From a virus: 64,000 nt of DNA. The notes beneath the pieces were generated by a model that saw only the letters and a list, made by a program, of their open reading frames with translations, did no database searches and was not told where the DNA came from. Below are positions 37,049 through 50,200 of this stretch, in pieces. The DNA is taken from the IMG/VR virus record IMGVR_UViG_3300021962_000026. The stretch is one strand, 5' to 3'. Within the stretch, counting starts at the first letter, position 1. Each line of letters starts with the position of its first letter. A program made the translations under genes and the position numbers.

Positions 37049-37711
37049 TTATAAACCACTTAGATTAGTCAAAGTTTGAATTCTAATAGTATAGTCTATT
37101 TGTATAAGTCTATTCAAACTTTTTTGTACTGGATGGAAAATTACATGGGTTAACAATTTTCCTGTGTTAACTGTGCCAATCCAGCTCTTAAGACCTAGTT
37201 CATCGAATGTATATGTGTCATTAAAATTACTAGTATTATCAAATGCTTGTTGATCGTTAGGCTCGCCGTAATCAAGCAAGCAACTAACAACGATGTCAGT
37301 ATATACTTGGCCACTCACATGACTAACTGTAAGTTTGTTTCTACCTGCGTCAGTATTCAAACTTGAATTATCATCCACAACTTTATAATAGGTTTGGTTA
37401 TAAAGGCTAGCGTTCTGCCCACTGCTATTAGCAGGCAAGTATGTAATAACACCTGTAGGATCAACGTTTGTACCGCCGTTACCAAATGCCATTTCATGAA
37501 TAAAGCCTGTTGTTTTATTTGCTACACTAAGAGCAAGGGCTTCACTCATGTTTTCATAGTGAATAGCATTTCGTTTGTTTACAAATTCCTCGCCTGAATC
37601 AGGATCAAAGATACGAATATGTCCTTCCATTAGGACACCTCCCTTTTCTCTGAGGGGAGACTCTGGCTGGACTTGTTGTTGTTTTACTTCCATGTCTTTA
37701 TCTTCCTGCAT
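37049..37711 (-). CDS. baseplate/tail-collar-like structural protein
   Basis: FGNGGT, FDELGL...LLTHVIFHPVQKS; lies between the fibre genes. Confidence 0.55.
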   Translation of the reverse strand: MQEDKDMEVKQQQVQPESPLREKGGVLMEGHIRIFDPDSGEEFVNKRNAIHYENMSEALALSVANKTTGFIHEMAFGNGGTNVDPTGVITYLPANSSGQNASLYNQTYYKVVDDNSSLNTDAGRNKLTVSHVSGQVYTDIVVSCLLDYGEPNDQQAFDNTSNFNDTYTFDELGLKSWIGTVNTGKLLTHVIFHPVQKSLNRLIQIDYTIRIQTLTNLSGL

Positions 37712-37717
37712 ATTATA

Positions 37718-40700
37718 TTATACCTTTAACATACATTCAACAAGTTTTTCACCTGTATCTGTATTTGTTTCTAATGCTATACCTACTCTATCACCTGTTG
37801 ATGCTACGCTAGCAACTCCATTATCGTCAGCTCTAACAACTTGACCTTTTTCAACTGGACCTACAATTCGTACTCTAACTCGTCCAACTAGCGCAACTGG
37901 TATACCACCTTCTTGTTCACTGTTCATTAAATAGGCCGGATTTTCACTAACTACGCCAGCAGGTACATCTATGCTATTGCATTGTGTAACTTCAAACGCT
38001 CCGCCTACTTTTAATACGGTTCCTGCTGCATAGCCGGCATCTGGAATGTACATTTCTGCCAAGTCAGCGTATTGTGCAGTGGTCGCTGTACCACTAAACA
38101 CACTGGTTGAAAGTGTATTTGTACTTGGATTGTATGTAAGTCCAGTACTGTCAACCTCAATGCCTTGAGCACCACTTGTGCCATCAACAAAAGCAATATA
38201 AACTGTTTCGTTAGTTGCAGTATTGTCTGTTGTTGTAACATTAGTAGAGGTAGTTGCTGTAGCACTGTTACCAGAACAGGCTGCTGCGGTAGTTGCGGTT
38301 GTAGCATTGCCTGATAATGCGGCTGTAATAGTACCTGCACTAAAATTACCACTACCATCGCGGAAAACAATAGTACTTGCTGTATTTGCATTTGTAGCAT
38401 TTGATGTAACTGTAAATGTTGCACCTTCTGAAGCAGCACTACCACTGAGACCGTTACCGCTTACTGCACCAGCAGCAACATAATTCCCTGTTGTGTCTGT
38501 TCCCAAAGCAACTGAGTTAGCAGCGATTGTTGTAGCAAATGACAAGTTACCTGAACCATCAAATGTACCACTAGTACCTGTAACGTCACCTGTTAATGAA
38601 ATTGTTCTGCCTGTAGCCCATTTGGTTGCTGTAGCGGCATTACCACTTAGTGCACCATTAAATGTATCAGCAGTAATTCTACCAAGTGAGGGATTATATG
38701 TTAATCCTGCATCATGATGAACTGCCGTAACAGCACCACTTGTAATATCTCCAAAATATAGTTGCTCTTCAGCATTTGTTGTTGTGTCACTAGTTGTTGT
38801 AGCGCCAGCAGCAGCCCAACTTAATGTGCCAGAGGCATTACTAACTAGTGCATAACCACTTACTGCTGCATCTGCATTAGGAAGTGTCCAGGTTATATTA
38901 CTTGCTACAGTTGCAGGAGCCTGGAATGCAACATAATTGCTACTATCTGCATCGCCAAAACGTAAATCACTTTGTGCAGTAAGCAATGTGTCGCTTTGTA
39001 GTTGTATAGTGCCTGTGCCGCTAGCTGCTAGTTCTAGACCTTCATTACTGTTGATTGCTTTAATTTCTGTGCCACTGATTTCAAGTGATCCAGTTTTTAA
39101 GTTTTTAACTTCAAAGTTACCGTATTCAAAGCCCAAACTGCCTGTGTTGATTGTTCCTGTGGGTTCTGGTGTATAGTTTCCTACTGCTTTCCAAGTTCTT
39201 TCGCTTTGATCCCAGTATATACCAACGTGAGTATAACCATACTTTCCTGTGCCGTTGTTTTCGTTTGCCCAAAAACCTGCATCTCTTGCAATTGGTGCCG
39301 CAGTGCCTGACCATACATCACCTGATGTGTGTCCAGTTGTGGCTGCAAACTCTATGGTAATATTATTGTCTAGACTTTGTTGCGATCCTGTAATACTAAC
39401 ACCTGTTGCTTCTGTTGTGCTAAAGTTGTCTTTGGACCATTCAAATGTGTCAGGTGTGCCAGTACCATCAATGCGAACATAATAAGTTGTTGAGGTTGCA
39501 CCTTCAAAGTAACCTTTAAATGTGCCGTCATCAAGTCCGCTGCCTACAAAGTTTGTGCCACTATCGCCAATAGCATCACCACCGTTTAGGTAAATGAAGC
39601 TATCTGCAATACTAAGGTTTTGTGAATCTACTGTGGTAGTTGTACCTGTAACTGTTAAATCACCACCTACTGTTAGGTTATTAGTAACAGTAACATTGTT
39701 TGGTAGTCCAATAGTAATTTTATTGGGACTAACTGTAGTTTGGATTTCGTTTGCAGTACCCTCAAAATCTATAGTGTCACCAGTTGAAACTGTATCATTA
39801 GAACCACCATCTGCTTGTAGTGTAAAGATTGTAGTTCCACTTGACAATGCACTGTCTACATAGGCCTTTGTTGCTGCATCTGTGCCTGCTGTTGGAGTAG
39901 CCATGTTGGTGACTTTGTTAGCACCCATATCCACTGTTTGACTTCCAGCAATAGTTAATCCATTTAGTGTGCCAACACTTGTAATGTTTGTTTGTGCTGC
40001 GGTACCTAGTGTGCCTATAATAGAGGATGATGCTGACACAGTAGTTGCTGCAACTGTATCAATATATGCTACTGACCATTCATTGCCACTTGCGCCCAGG
40101 GTGTAACTACTATCCGCATTAGGTTCTAAAGTGCCATCAATTAATACAGAACCTGTGCCATTTGGTTTTAAAATAATGTCACTGTTTGTACTTGTATTTT
40201 CAATAGTGTTTGCTGCACTGTTGATCTTAATGTTGCCAAACTCTGGTGAACTAGCCAGTGCAATATTAATGTAGTCTGCGTTTTGTGTTAATACTACATT
40301 GCTATCGCTAGTAATACTTCTCATCTGGAATGTAACGCCAATTTTTGTCTTAAATAAGCCAACACTATCTGCTACAGCCTGGTTTTGCATTTGGTTTGCT
40401 TCACCGCCTGCTGCACCAGGAAGTTCTGCAAGTTCTAGTCTATTATTAGCAGCAACCCAAGTTAGTCCATACCCGTCTGTTGTTGACCCAAGGACAACAT
40501 CGCTTAAATCATCTATACTTGCTGCGGCAATACGAGCATCTGCTCTAGCATCAGTATAGTACATTGTACCGCTGCTGCCTGTTGCGGCTGGATCCTCCGG
40601 CAAGTCTGCTGTATTAACCTGATTAGCGCCTGTACCAAAATCAATATGTGTATCGTTTACGCCATTAGCATCAATAGTAATTGTTAGTGTATCGCCACTT

Positions 40701-41206
40701 TGTGATGTAACAATACCACTACTACCTGTTACTGTCAATGTATCGCCTAGATCTATAGCATTGCTTCCGCTGTTAGCAGCAACAAAAAAACTACTGTTAC
40801 TAATACTAGAGTTAGGAATATTTGCAAGTTCAATAATACCTGTACTGTTATCATATGTAACACCACTTGCTGTTGTAGCACTTATATGTGCACGAACTTC
40901 ACTCGCAGCCGGGCCAATATATGTTATGACACCTGTTGAGCTGTCATAACTTAAACTACCATCTCCGCCAGTGTCAGCGACACTTATGGCTGCTCTAGTT
41001 CTAGCATCAGTATAATAAAGATTAGTATTTTCTGTTATATTTGCGGTTGTAATGGTTACAGCATTGCTATCAGCAGATAAACCATTTATAGTTTTGATAT
41101 AATTTGTTTCAAGAGCAGTGGTTCTTGAGTTTAGATCAGTGAAGTTCCCGTCCATTTGTGCATGGGTTAAAGGTTGACTTCTACTGCTTCTTAATACTAT
41201 TGCCAT
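37718..41206 (-). CDS. long tail fibre protein with C-terminal chaperone
   Basis: LTHAQMDGNF N-terminus, NLYYTDAR repeats, DAATKAYVD, A/T/G/S-rich shaft, YADLAE...LVGRVRV. Confidence 0.8.
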   Translation of the reverse strand: MAIVLRSSRSQPLTHAQMDGNFTDLNSRTTALETNYIKTINGLSADSNAVTITTANITENTNLYYTDARTRAAISVADTGGDGSLSYDSSTGVITYIGPAASEVRAHISATTASGVTYDNSTGIIELANIPNSSISNSSFFVAANSGSNAIDLGDTLTVTGSSGIVTSQSGDTLTITIDANGVNDTHIDFGTGANQVNTADLPEDPAATGSSGTMYYTDARADARIAAASIDDLSDVVLGSTTDGYGLTWVAANNRLELAELPGAAGGEANQMQNQAVADSVGLFKTKIGVTFQMRSITSDSNVVLTQNADYINIALASSPEFGNIKINSAANTIENTSTNSDIILKPNGTGSVLIDGTLEPNADSSYTLGASGNEWSVAYIDTVAATTVSASSSIIGTLGTAAQTNITSVGTLNGLTIAGSQTVDMGANKVTNMATPTAGTDAATKAYVDSALSSGTTIFTLQADGGSNDTVSTGDTIDFEGTANEIQTTVSPNKITIGLPNNVTVTNNLTVGGDLTVTGTTTTVDSQNLSIADSFIYLNGGDAIGDSGTNFVGSGLDDGTFKGYFEGATSTTYYVRIDGTGTPDTFEWSKDNFSTTEATGVSITGSQQSLDNNITIEFAATTGHTSGDVWSGTAAPIARDAGFWANENNGTGKYGYTHVGIYWDQSERTWKAVGNYTPEPTGTINTGSLGFEYGNFEVKNLKTGSLEISGTEIKAINSNEGLELAASGTGTIQLQSDTLLTAQSDLRFGDADSSNYVAFQAPATVASNITWTLPNADAAVSGYALVSNASGTLSWAAAGATTTSDTTTNAEEQLYFGDITSGAVTAVHHDAGLTYNPSLGRITADTFNGALSGNAATATKWATGRTISLTGDVTGTSGTFDGSGNLSFATTIAANSVALGTDTTGNYVAAGAVSGNGLSGSAASEGATFTVTSNATNANTASTIVFRDGSGNFSAGTITAALSGNATTATTAAACSGNSATATTSTNVTTTDNTATNETVYIAFVDGTSGAQGIEVDSTGLTYNPSTNTLSTSVFSGTATTAQYADLAEMYIPDAGYAAGTVLKVGGAFEVTQCNSIDVPAGVVSENPAYLMNSEQEGGIPVALVGRVRVRIVGPVEKGQVVRADDNGVASVASTGDRVGIALETNTDTGEKLVECMLKV

Positions 41207-41232
41207 GGCGTTATCTCGTTCATTGTTATTCG

Positions 41233-41240
41233 TATTTATT
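41233..41240 (-). promoter_or_regulatory. late promoter (NATAAATA)
   Basis: AATAAATA about 27 nt upstream of the 41206 start. Confidence 0.55.
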
Positions 41241-41258
41241 GTGGTTTATAATCTAGTA

Positions 41259-44200
41259 TTATAACTCCAACTCCTCCACGTATCCTGGATCTACATAGCC
41301 ATCTTCTATATATTTTGGACTATTGTTTTCTGCTATAAAGTTAGGCAATGCTGCTTCGCATGCTTTTAAGAATGCAGCGTTTACACTGACACTGCTTTGC
41401 AAACCATTGCCATCTGCTGCACTACTGTTACCAACAGTGTACCAGGTTTTTGTATGTGTATCAGTAGCAGGTAACCTTTGATTATCTGTTGTATCGTAAA
41501 CCTGAGTTCCTTTTAGATGAGTTGGTGCCCAGCGAGTCCCCATAGTGCTGCGTCTAATGTTTGTAACATAGTTGTCTTCATAACTGATTTCCCAGTATGT
41601 TATACGTTCGTTACCAACATAAATTACACCTGGTTTATCGCCTGTTGGATTTGCAAGTGGTAGTTTGCGAGCATCCTCTACATAAATTTTGGTATCACCT
41701 GCGAGTAAGTCTTGTGAAAGTTGGGTTTGTCCGTCGTTACAAAGTCTAAAGTATTCGTAGTTACCCAACATATCGTTAACCATTCTATAACCTATAGTTG
41801 GTTCTATTTTGTTTTCACTAAAGTGTGTAACTATGATTTCACTGTTTGCATTTACAATTTGACTGCTTAAATCTATTCTACCATTATTATCAATAGTAAA
41901 TTCACCTGCATGTAATCTTATACCATCAAGTGTTACCCAGAGATTGTTTCCGCTTGTAGGTGTTCTATCAAGAGTATACTTGTTAAGAGCAAGACCAGTT
42001 AGTGCTTCAGCGTCAAAATCTCCGCTATCGTATCCTACTTCATCGAACTCATCAATTGATGCAACTAATTCACTACCCTGACCAATAAACACCTTTGTTT
42101 GTATTCTTAAGGGATCGTGATTGTTAAATGATGTTACATAAACTTTATCGCCTGTAACAAAACTTACACTTGGATCTATTCTTAAATCACCAGCATCAAT
42201 ATAAAACTCATTTCTATTTTCTACACTAACAATTAATGTATCACCTGAATTATAAGCACTAAGCAAGTTGACTTGATAAACGGCAGTACTAGTTGCATCA
42301 ACTGTCTCTGTAATTGTATAATCTTGTATGTAAGCAAGATTTTGTGTAACATTGTTAGTCTTGTCAAGTCGTGTTACGCTGATGTCACCAGTACTTGTAT
42401 TGACTGCTGTTTCTTGAGCAGTGTGTGGTACTAGATATGAAAGTGTGCTGCCATCTAGAGTGTAATATTCACTATTGGCTGGACGCAATCTTTCAGTACC
42501 AAGTTCTACTATAATATTACCAGTAAGCGGATTAGCAAAATCATCGTCAAATGCTTGATCTAAATTGTAAATGTATGTACCACTTGTTAGTGTAATTTCC
42601 TGGGTTTGGCCATATGTAAATGCTGGCTTATCTTCACTTCTGTTGCTTACAAGTACATGTATTACTGCACCATCACTAGGCGCTGAATAAAAAGTTAAAT
42701 TAACAACTAAATTTTGCTGAGACGTTGTAACATCTGTAGGAACGCCGTCTACTAATACTATTAGTTGTGTAAAGCGTCTATATTCTAAACCAAGTGTAAA
42801 TTGTAATGTGCTGCCGTCGCCAATAATAACTTCTTCATGAGTTAATTTTTCTCCAGTAACACCATAACCATAAATTCTAATGTTTGTTCCACTAACAGGG
42901 GTACTTGCAAAACTTATTGTGCGATATTCATAATCTACTGTAAAGTTAAATATTCTTGTGCTGCCTTGATATACCACCAAGTAATCAACTAGTTCTTTTC
43001 TTGTTTGAGATCCGTATGAAAATTTGTTGTTAAGCCCGTCTGCAATATAAGTTCTGCTTACTGTTTTAAAACTGTTACCATCGCCGAGGAAGTCATCACT
43101 TGGGTCAGTGTATACTTCCATGTCAAGGTTGTCAAAAACAATACCAGGCACAAACTCTTCTGGAGCATGACTGTTGTAGACATCAACAAATTTGCCGCCA
43201 TCTACATCTATATCCTCTGGTCTAGTTCCCAGTGCTAGATCACTAAATGTACTTTTTATAACTGTATCTAAACCACTTACAGTAGTCAATCCATCAGTGT
43301 CTATTTCAAAATCATCAAAAGCACCAACATCCCATTGTGAACTGTCGAAACCAGGCTCTTTATCGAACCCTAGTCCACTAACCTTATTAGCCAAATACCC
43401 TGTTCCTGGCTGTAGTAGTTCTAGATCATCGCCTATCATACCCACACTAGGGACATAGTAAGCACCAATACGATCTGCTGCACTGGTTAGGTTTTCATCA
43501 GCATATGGAACAAGCACTGTAGCACCTGTAGTATCTTCTACACTAAAGGTCGTACCAGTCGTAAACCCGCCTACTTTATTAACCTGATACACTTCCTGAA
43601 TCTTTGTAGTAGTATTGTAATAAGCAACTAAATCATTATTGGCATAAGTTGTGCTAGCAGCCCAATCTTTAACAGTCGTACTATATGTTATTCTATCAAA
43701 TTTTAGTGTTGTATCAAACTCTCTAACCTGGTCATTTTTAAGTCTAGGTGAAAGTTTTAAGCCAGTGCCTTGCCCAGTTATAGTAATTGTTGGATTCTTA
43801 GTATATCCGCTACCCTTGTTAGTCATTGTTACTCTAACAATGCCGCTGCCATTTGTGACAGCAATAGCAGTAGCCTGTGTACCACCAGCAACATCAGGTG
43901 CACTAATTGTTAATACAGGATTGTCCAGGAATCCAGTGCCTGCACTAACTATAACAATGCTATCAACATAATAAGTGTAATTTTGACTCCAGGGTTGGTT
44001 TAGGCCCTGTGTTCTAGTTATTTCATCTCCACCATAGTCTCCACTTGGCTTACGGAAATATTCCAGGCTGCTATCATAAAAACTATGCAAGTCAAAGTCA
44101 GTTACATCGCCATTCCAGTTGTCGACGCCATCATACTTTGCTACATATTCCCTTATAGTTGTATGATAAGGTTTGACTTCATTAATATATTCCTCAACAA

Positions 44201-47200
44201 AAGTGCTATTGTCTAACTGATAGGTTGGATACTGGTCTAGATCTCTAATTTTATGAAGTACTCTTATGAAACTAGTTTTTAACAACCAGTCAGGATTACC
44301 AACATTGACTTCATGTAATGCATATTCAACCATTCTAAAGAACAGTATGTTAGCATTGAGTGCTAGTTCACCTGTAAATATTTCATTAAATACTGCTGTT
44401 GCTATCGTTCTTACTTCTTGGTGTGGAACTCTATCAAAGTTTGCAAATTCAAACACACCAGTATCGAAACCAATAAAACTGCCAGTTTCTATATTGTTAA
44501 AATCATACACTGTATCTAATATTTTAATTGTGCCTTTTTCAATAATAACTTCTGTCCAGATAGTACCATTGTACTGGAACAGACTAAAATTACCATCATC
44601 ATTGCTTAATACTTTGGCAATGTCACCACTAGCAGCACTTGTAAGTGTTAATAAATCTGGTTCTGTACTTACTGTATATTTTGGAATAGTTGTATTATCA
44701 AAACCTGTAGCATACCAGGTCACATAATCCCAGTAACGAGCAGTATTATACCCTTGAACCCTTGTTAGGTTCCATGTACGAGTATTATCGGTTGCAATCT
44801 GTAATGTATACAAGGACCAATTATCATTATTAGTTTCGTCCTTTTCTACAAGAACTTTATAACCTGCAGGCAAAGTTAGGACTGCTAAAAAGTCTCTTGT
44901 TTCTACATTTGGTACTTTTTTGTCATATGTAAGACTGGATGGCTGTGGATCGCTTGCAAACAAACTTGTAAGAACAAATTGTCTTGCAATAGGTCTGCTT
45001 GCAAATATATTATTGCAATAATTTACAAAAGTTTTAAGAGCTGCTTGTCTATTAACAAACATTGTTTGTCGTGGACGAATTGCTATGCCGTATCTTTCTC
45101 CAGCACTTAGCGTTGCATCAGGAACTACTGCTCCAGTTTTGTCAGCACCTGCTAAACTATCAATAAGTTTTGCTTTAATGTTTGCTGGCAATATTTGAGC
45201 ATCATCTCCTTCACTTACTAATTCAAATTCGCTGTGAACAATGCCTTCATTTTTTACTACATCATAGTTAATACTTAGAACAGTATTTCTATCTGCCCAG
45301 GAATTGGACATATTGTTCATAACAAAGGCATTTTTATCTATAATGCTAATATATTTTGTACCCGTACTCATTGGATTTTCAATAAGTTGTCTTACACCTT
45401 CAGTACTAATCTGTCTGCGTTCGTCGTTAGGGAATGTAGTTAAGCCTGTTACCCAATAGTAATATCTGGTAACACTAGTATTTGTAATGCTGTTATATTG
45501 TAAACTTACACTGTATGCACTGTCGTCTGTATGCTTTGGAGTTCCAGGTAAACCACTGGCAACATGTAGGCTAGGAGGTACTGTACTTTCTGTCCATTCG
45601 TAAATATCAATGCTACTGCCAGGGAAGAATTGATTCCAGTGTTGGCTTCTATATTCTAAGTCACCTTGCTCATATTCTATGACTCTACAGGTGCTCAAAT
45701 CCCACCATAGTCTACCAACTTTTTCATCATTCCAATTGTTATTTTCAGCATAGGTTACTTGATCCTGAATTGTACTTACATTGTATACAGCAGGATCAAT
45801 AGGAAGAATATAGTCTAGTTCGCCTTGTGCAATGCCAGGCAATTTATTTTTGTAAATGTCAACAGTGTCTATAAAGTCTTGTATTTCATTTGTGGTCTTA
45901 TCATAAGTAACAATTCTGTTAATAACATCAATATCAACTTTGGGTGTTTGTACACGATATTTGTTCCAGGTATCAGTATTGTTTGTATTCTCAAATAAGT
46001 AAAAACTTCCTGCGTTTGATAGCCATATATCATCTGCAGGACTGCCAACAAATATTCTGCCTGCATTTATTGCTACACTGCCACCGAACTCATCAAGTGT
46101 TCCAATATTAATGCTTCTAAGTTGTTGTCCAAATGCAAATTTTGGCGGATTGGCACTGCTTTGTGGATTACTAATTGTATTGCTACTGTCAAGTAAGTCG
46201 TATACATAAGCAGCTCCACTTTGTGAAACTTTATCAATAAATTTAGTGCTGTTTGCATCAAATGTAGTTAGTGGCTCGTCATATGTTACGCTAGAAGTGT
46301 TAGTATCTATGTCAAACTCTGCTGGCAAAAGTGTAGTTGCTCTGTCACTGCTAATTACTAATCGTTGTTTGCCTGCACCATCAACTGGAATAAACTTATC
46401 CATTTCCACTACACGACCAAAATTTTCATTCTCGCCAGCAAAAGGATGGTTTATCTTTTGTGCAAATTTAAATGGTCTAACTTCTGCTAACGCTCTAAAT
46501 GTTGTGCCAACGCCTGGTCTTACTTTGAGTTTTTTGTTGGGTACAGTACTTGTAGAAGTAATTTTAACCTGGCCATTTGTAGTAAGGGTTGCATTTATAT
46601 TAACTAGGTCTGTGCTTGTATTAATAGGAGTTGCAAAACGAGCAGGGTCAGCACTAGTATTAAAACTCATGGTAACTTCAAAATCATCTACGCTAATACT
46701 ATCAAATTGTGTAGTAAAAGTTGATTTGTTGGTGCTCGTAGTAGTAACTTCACCGAATCTTAAACCTTCGTCTATGAATACAAAAACACTTCCTGTATTT
46801 GGGTTTGTTTCGTCTTCGCCAGGACTACCCACAGTTGCTATAGCACCGTATGCATCTAATGCAACACTATAACCAAAGTTTTCATTATCTTGTGGCGTTT
46901 CACCACTAACAATAGCATCTTGTTGAGTAAATATTTGCATTTCAACAAAACTACCAGTGTATACTCTAATGTTAGTTCCCAGAGCAGGAATATATCTAAA
47001 ACTGATAGTATTGCCTACTACAGTATATCTGTTTTCACTACTATCACTATCAAAACCACCAAAGGAGCCTGTTGCAAGAGACTGTTTTACACCATCTACT
47101 TCTATGTAAAAATTGTCTGGCAGGGTTGTGGTTGCTGTAAATTCATGTGATGTCCCATTGCCTGTAAATCTTTCCACAATGTGATGGAACATATATGCAC

Positions 47201-50200
47201 TGCCTGCATCAGTTTTGCCATCTACATCACTATAAGGTGCACCTACAATTAATGTTTCACCTGTAGTATCAACATCTAAACTAAAGCCAAATTGGTCTCC
47301 TGAAAGAGTAGAAGATCCTGTAACGCTTCCCGAATAATTAAAGTAACTTTGTCTTCGAACTACTAAACTAAGACTTGCAGCAGGCGCAGTTGTAAATGTT
47401 AATGTAGTTCCAGAAACTGTCCAATCTTTAAATGGCAAGTATTCTTTGCCATTCCCATCTTTAATGTAAAGTTGGTATGAATTGTCTGCTGCTGTATCTA
47501 GTGTAAATGCTGTAGTGCTATTATCGCCAGTAAATGTTTGGCTTGTAACTTTTGATGATGCAACTTCTACAAGGGTATATATATGAACTTTATTTTCGCC
47601 AGGAGCACCAACAAACAAATATCTGTCGTCTTTACTAATTGAGACACTGTAACCAAACTTAGCAGCAGCACCTGGACTTGGAAGTCTTATACTTTGTGTA
47701 AGATTGGTAAAGACACCTGTGTAATCACGCTTGTACATGAATACATAGCCAATGCTACTTTCACTACTTGGCGCACCTACTGCTAACCATTCCGTACCTG
47801 CTGCTACGGCGAAACCATAAGCGTCTATACTGGTTCTAATGTCTTGGGCTACTATAGATGTACCAGGATTAAATACGCCATTGCTATCCCTGCTGTAAGG
47901 GTATACCACGCCAACTGATTGTTCTGGAGAGCCAACAAACAAACTTAAACTGTCATCAGTGATTGCTAAACTTGTACCAAATTTACTATCACCTACAGAT
48001 TCAATATTGTATGATACATTTTTATAGTTCCACGGAGTGCTCTTTTTAAATGTAGCCCAGTTCTGATTCTCATCATAATCTACCCAGGCAAGTTCGTTTT
48101 CTTGCCAACCATAGGGAGGTGTGAAGGTTGCAATATTACTTGTGTTAGCGAATCTACTGCTTGTTAATTTGTAAATTGCAATTACTAAGCCAGTTATTTC
48201 ATCTATTTCAACATCATCATCTACTCTTATTGTAAATTGGGTAGATCCATATGTACTATGTACTTGTTTAGCACCGCCAATTATTTGGTCTGCACTTTTA
48301 ATTACAATATAATCATCTTTAACTAGGGTGTGTGTTCTATTAGTAGTATAGGTAATAAAACCTGTACCTGATTGGTTTAAACTTATAATTTCGGCATTTA
48401 TCTCTGTAACACGATAAATGTCCCAGTCTAGATTGCCCTTGGCATTCCATATTGTTGTGCCTCTGCCAATTGTAGCAATATTAGCAGTAATTTGATCTAA
48501 ATTGTTTTCTAAATCAAACACAGTAAGGTCGGCGTCATCTATACGGACATGTCCCGCACCAATTATGTCTGTTTTCTTTACATTGCTTGTTCTAGTATTA
48601 AAAATGTTTTTATCATACTTGTTTGGAATCTTTAGCAGGTCGCCTGAGTAATATGCTAATCCCAATCCTGACCCAGTGTCTCCTGCATTAAGCAATTCTA
48701 CTGTTACTTGATTTTCCTGTGCACGAGCTTCATCAACAATAAGTTCAATTACCTGGTTGCTGTCTATGCTACCAAATGCACCAGCCCTAAAGCCCCATTC
48801 CTCAAAAACTTCTATCTCTTGGTTTAGATTTGTTAGTTCCGCAGTAGTTAATCTATCAATAACATTCTTGGTACCTTTGTTACGCACCATTCCCTGATAG
48901 AACTTAACCTGGCTAACATCGTCTAAGCCCAATTGATCTAGATAGTCTCTAGGTCTAAAACCAATTTGACCCTTGGCAGCCTTATCTGTGCTGCTTTCCA
49001 AATTACTTTTATCAAAGTCGTAAAAATCTGTAAATCTATCTGCTTTCTGTGTTATATTAGGCAATAAACCTGTTTTCATATCAGTTACTGGACGCCAATT
49101 GTTAAAGTTAAACTTTGTTTCCCCAGTATGATTATCTACAGCAGCATATAGTTTTTTGTTATGATTTACAATGTCGCCTTTTTTATAGTCAGTATTTTCT
49201 ACCCAAACATCAAATTTGTTTGCATTGTTAATAAAGCCTGGACTATGTAGTGTACCGTTCCAAGGATTACTCTTGAAACCAACAAACTTAATTCTTGCTT
49301 GTCTGTTACCAAGTTCTGGTTGGTAAATTACATCATTAAAGATAGTTGTGTTGTCTACAACAAGATAGTGTTCGTATTGAATAGGGTCTAATTGAGCACT
49401 ATAGATCTGATTTGTATCTGCATTAACCGTAACTACACTCAAGTTATCTATTCTACTTACATTGTATTCAGTTGCTCTAAGAGCCTTATTGCTTGGATTT
49501 TTAATGTTTCCTGTTTTAGCAAGGTTATCAATAGTAGTAAATGGTCTATTAACTCTTATTTCGTTATTAGCTGGACTAATACCAATTACGCTATTAACTG
49601 GCCAGCCCTGTTGATCCCATAATAAAAATTCTTTAATAGCAAGCGCAAAGTCTTTAGTCTCATCATTGCTATTTTTATCCTCAAATATAAATCCTTTTGC
49701 AACAAGATAACGCTGATAGGCTACCATGAAGTCACATAGTTGTTGCTTTGTTGGTATTATTGTACCATAAGGAATATTACTAATGAATTTTTGTGAGTCT
49801 TGATATACTACAGTAGTAGTATTACCAACTGTAACTGTAATATTGTTTGGACTCTTTAGGCTTGGTATAATTTTAAAGAATGGATTATCAGTATCAAAAC
49901 CAGTAACCTCATAACCATTAACTCTCTTTGTTACATTTACGCCACTGTATGTAATTCTTTCTAGCGGTGTACTTTTGTTTAAGTAAAGATTTAAGTTTTC
50001 GTCCGGCACAAAGATATTGTTACTAGTACTACTTGGAGTAGTGCTTTCAATTATTAATTTGCATTCTGCTAGGTTTGTATAACCTGCAATTGGATGAACT
50101 AGTTTTAGTTGTAAATTTTGAACTCTTGTTTGTAGATCGCCAATACTTAAACTTTTAAATTTAAGATAACTTTCTAGGAATTGATTATACCCTTCTACGC

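Noticed and set aside
35690-38260. Diversity-generating retroelement template/variable repeat between the fibre C-termini
   Set aside because: Similarity is at protein level with general synonymous divergence and an indel, not adenine-specific; both copies are coding; no reverse transcriptase in the window.
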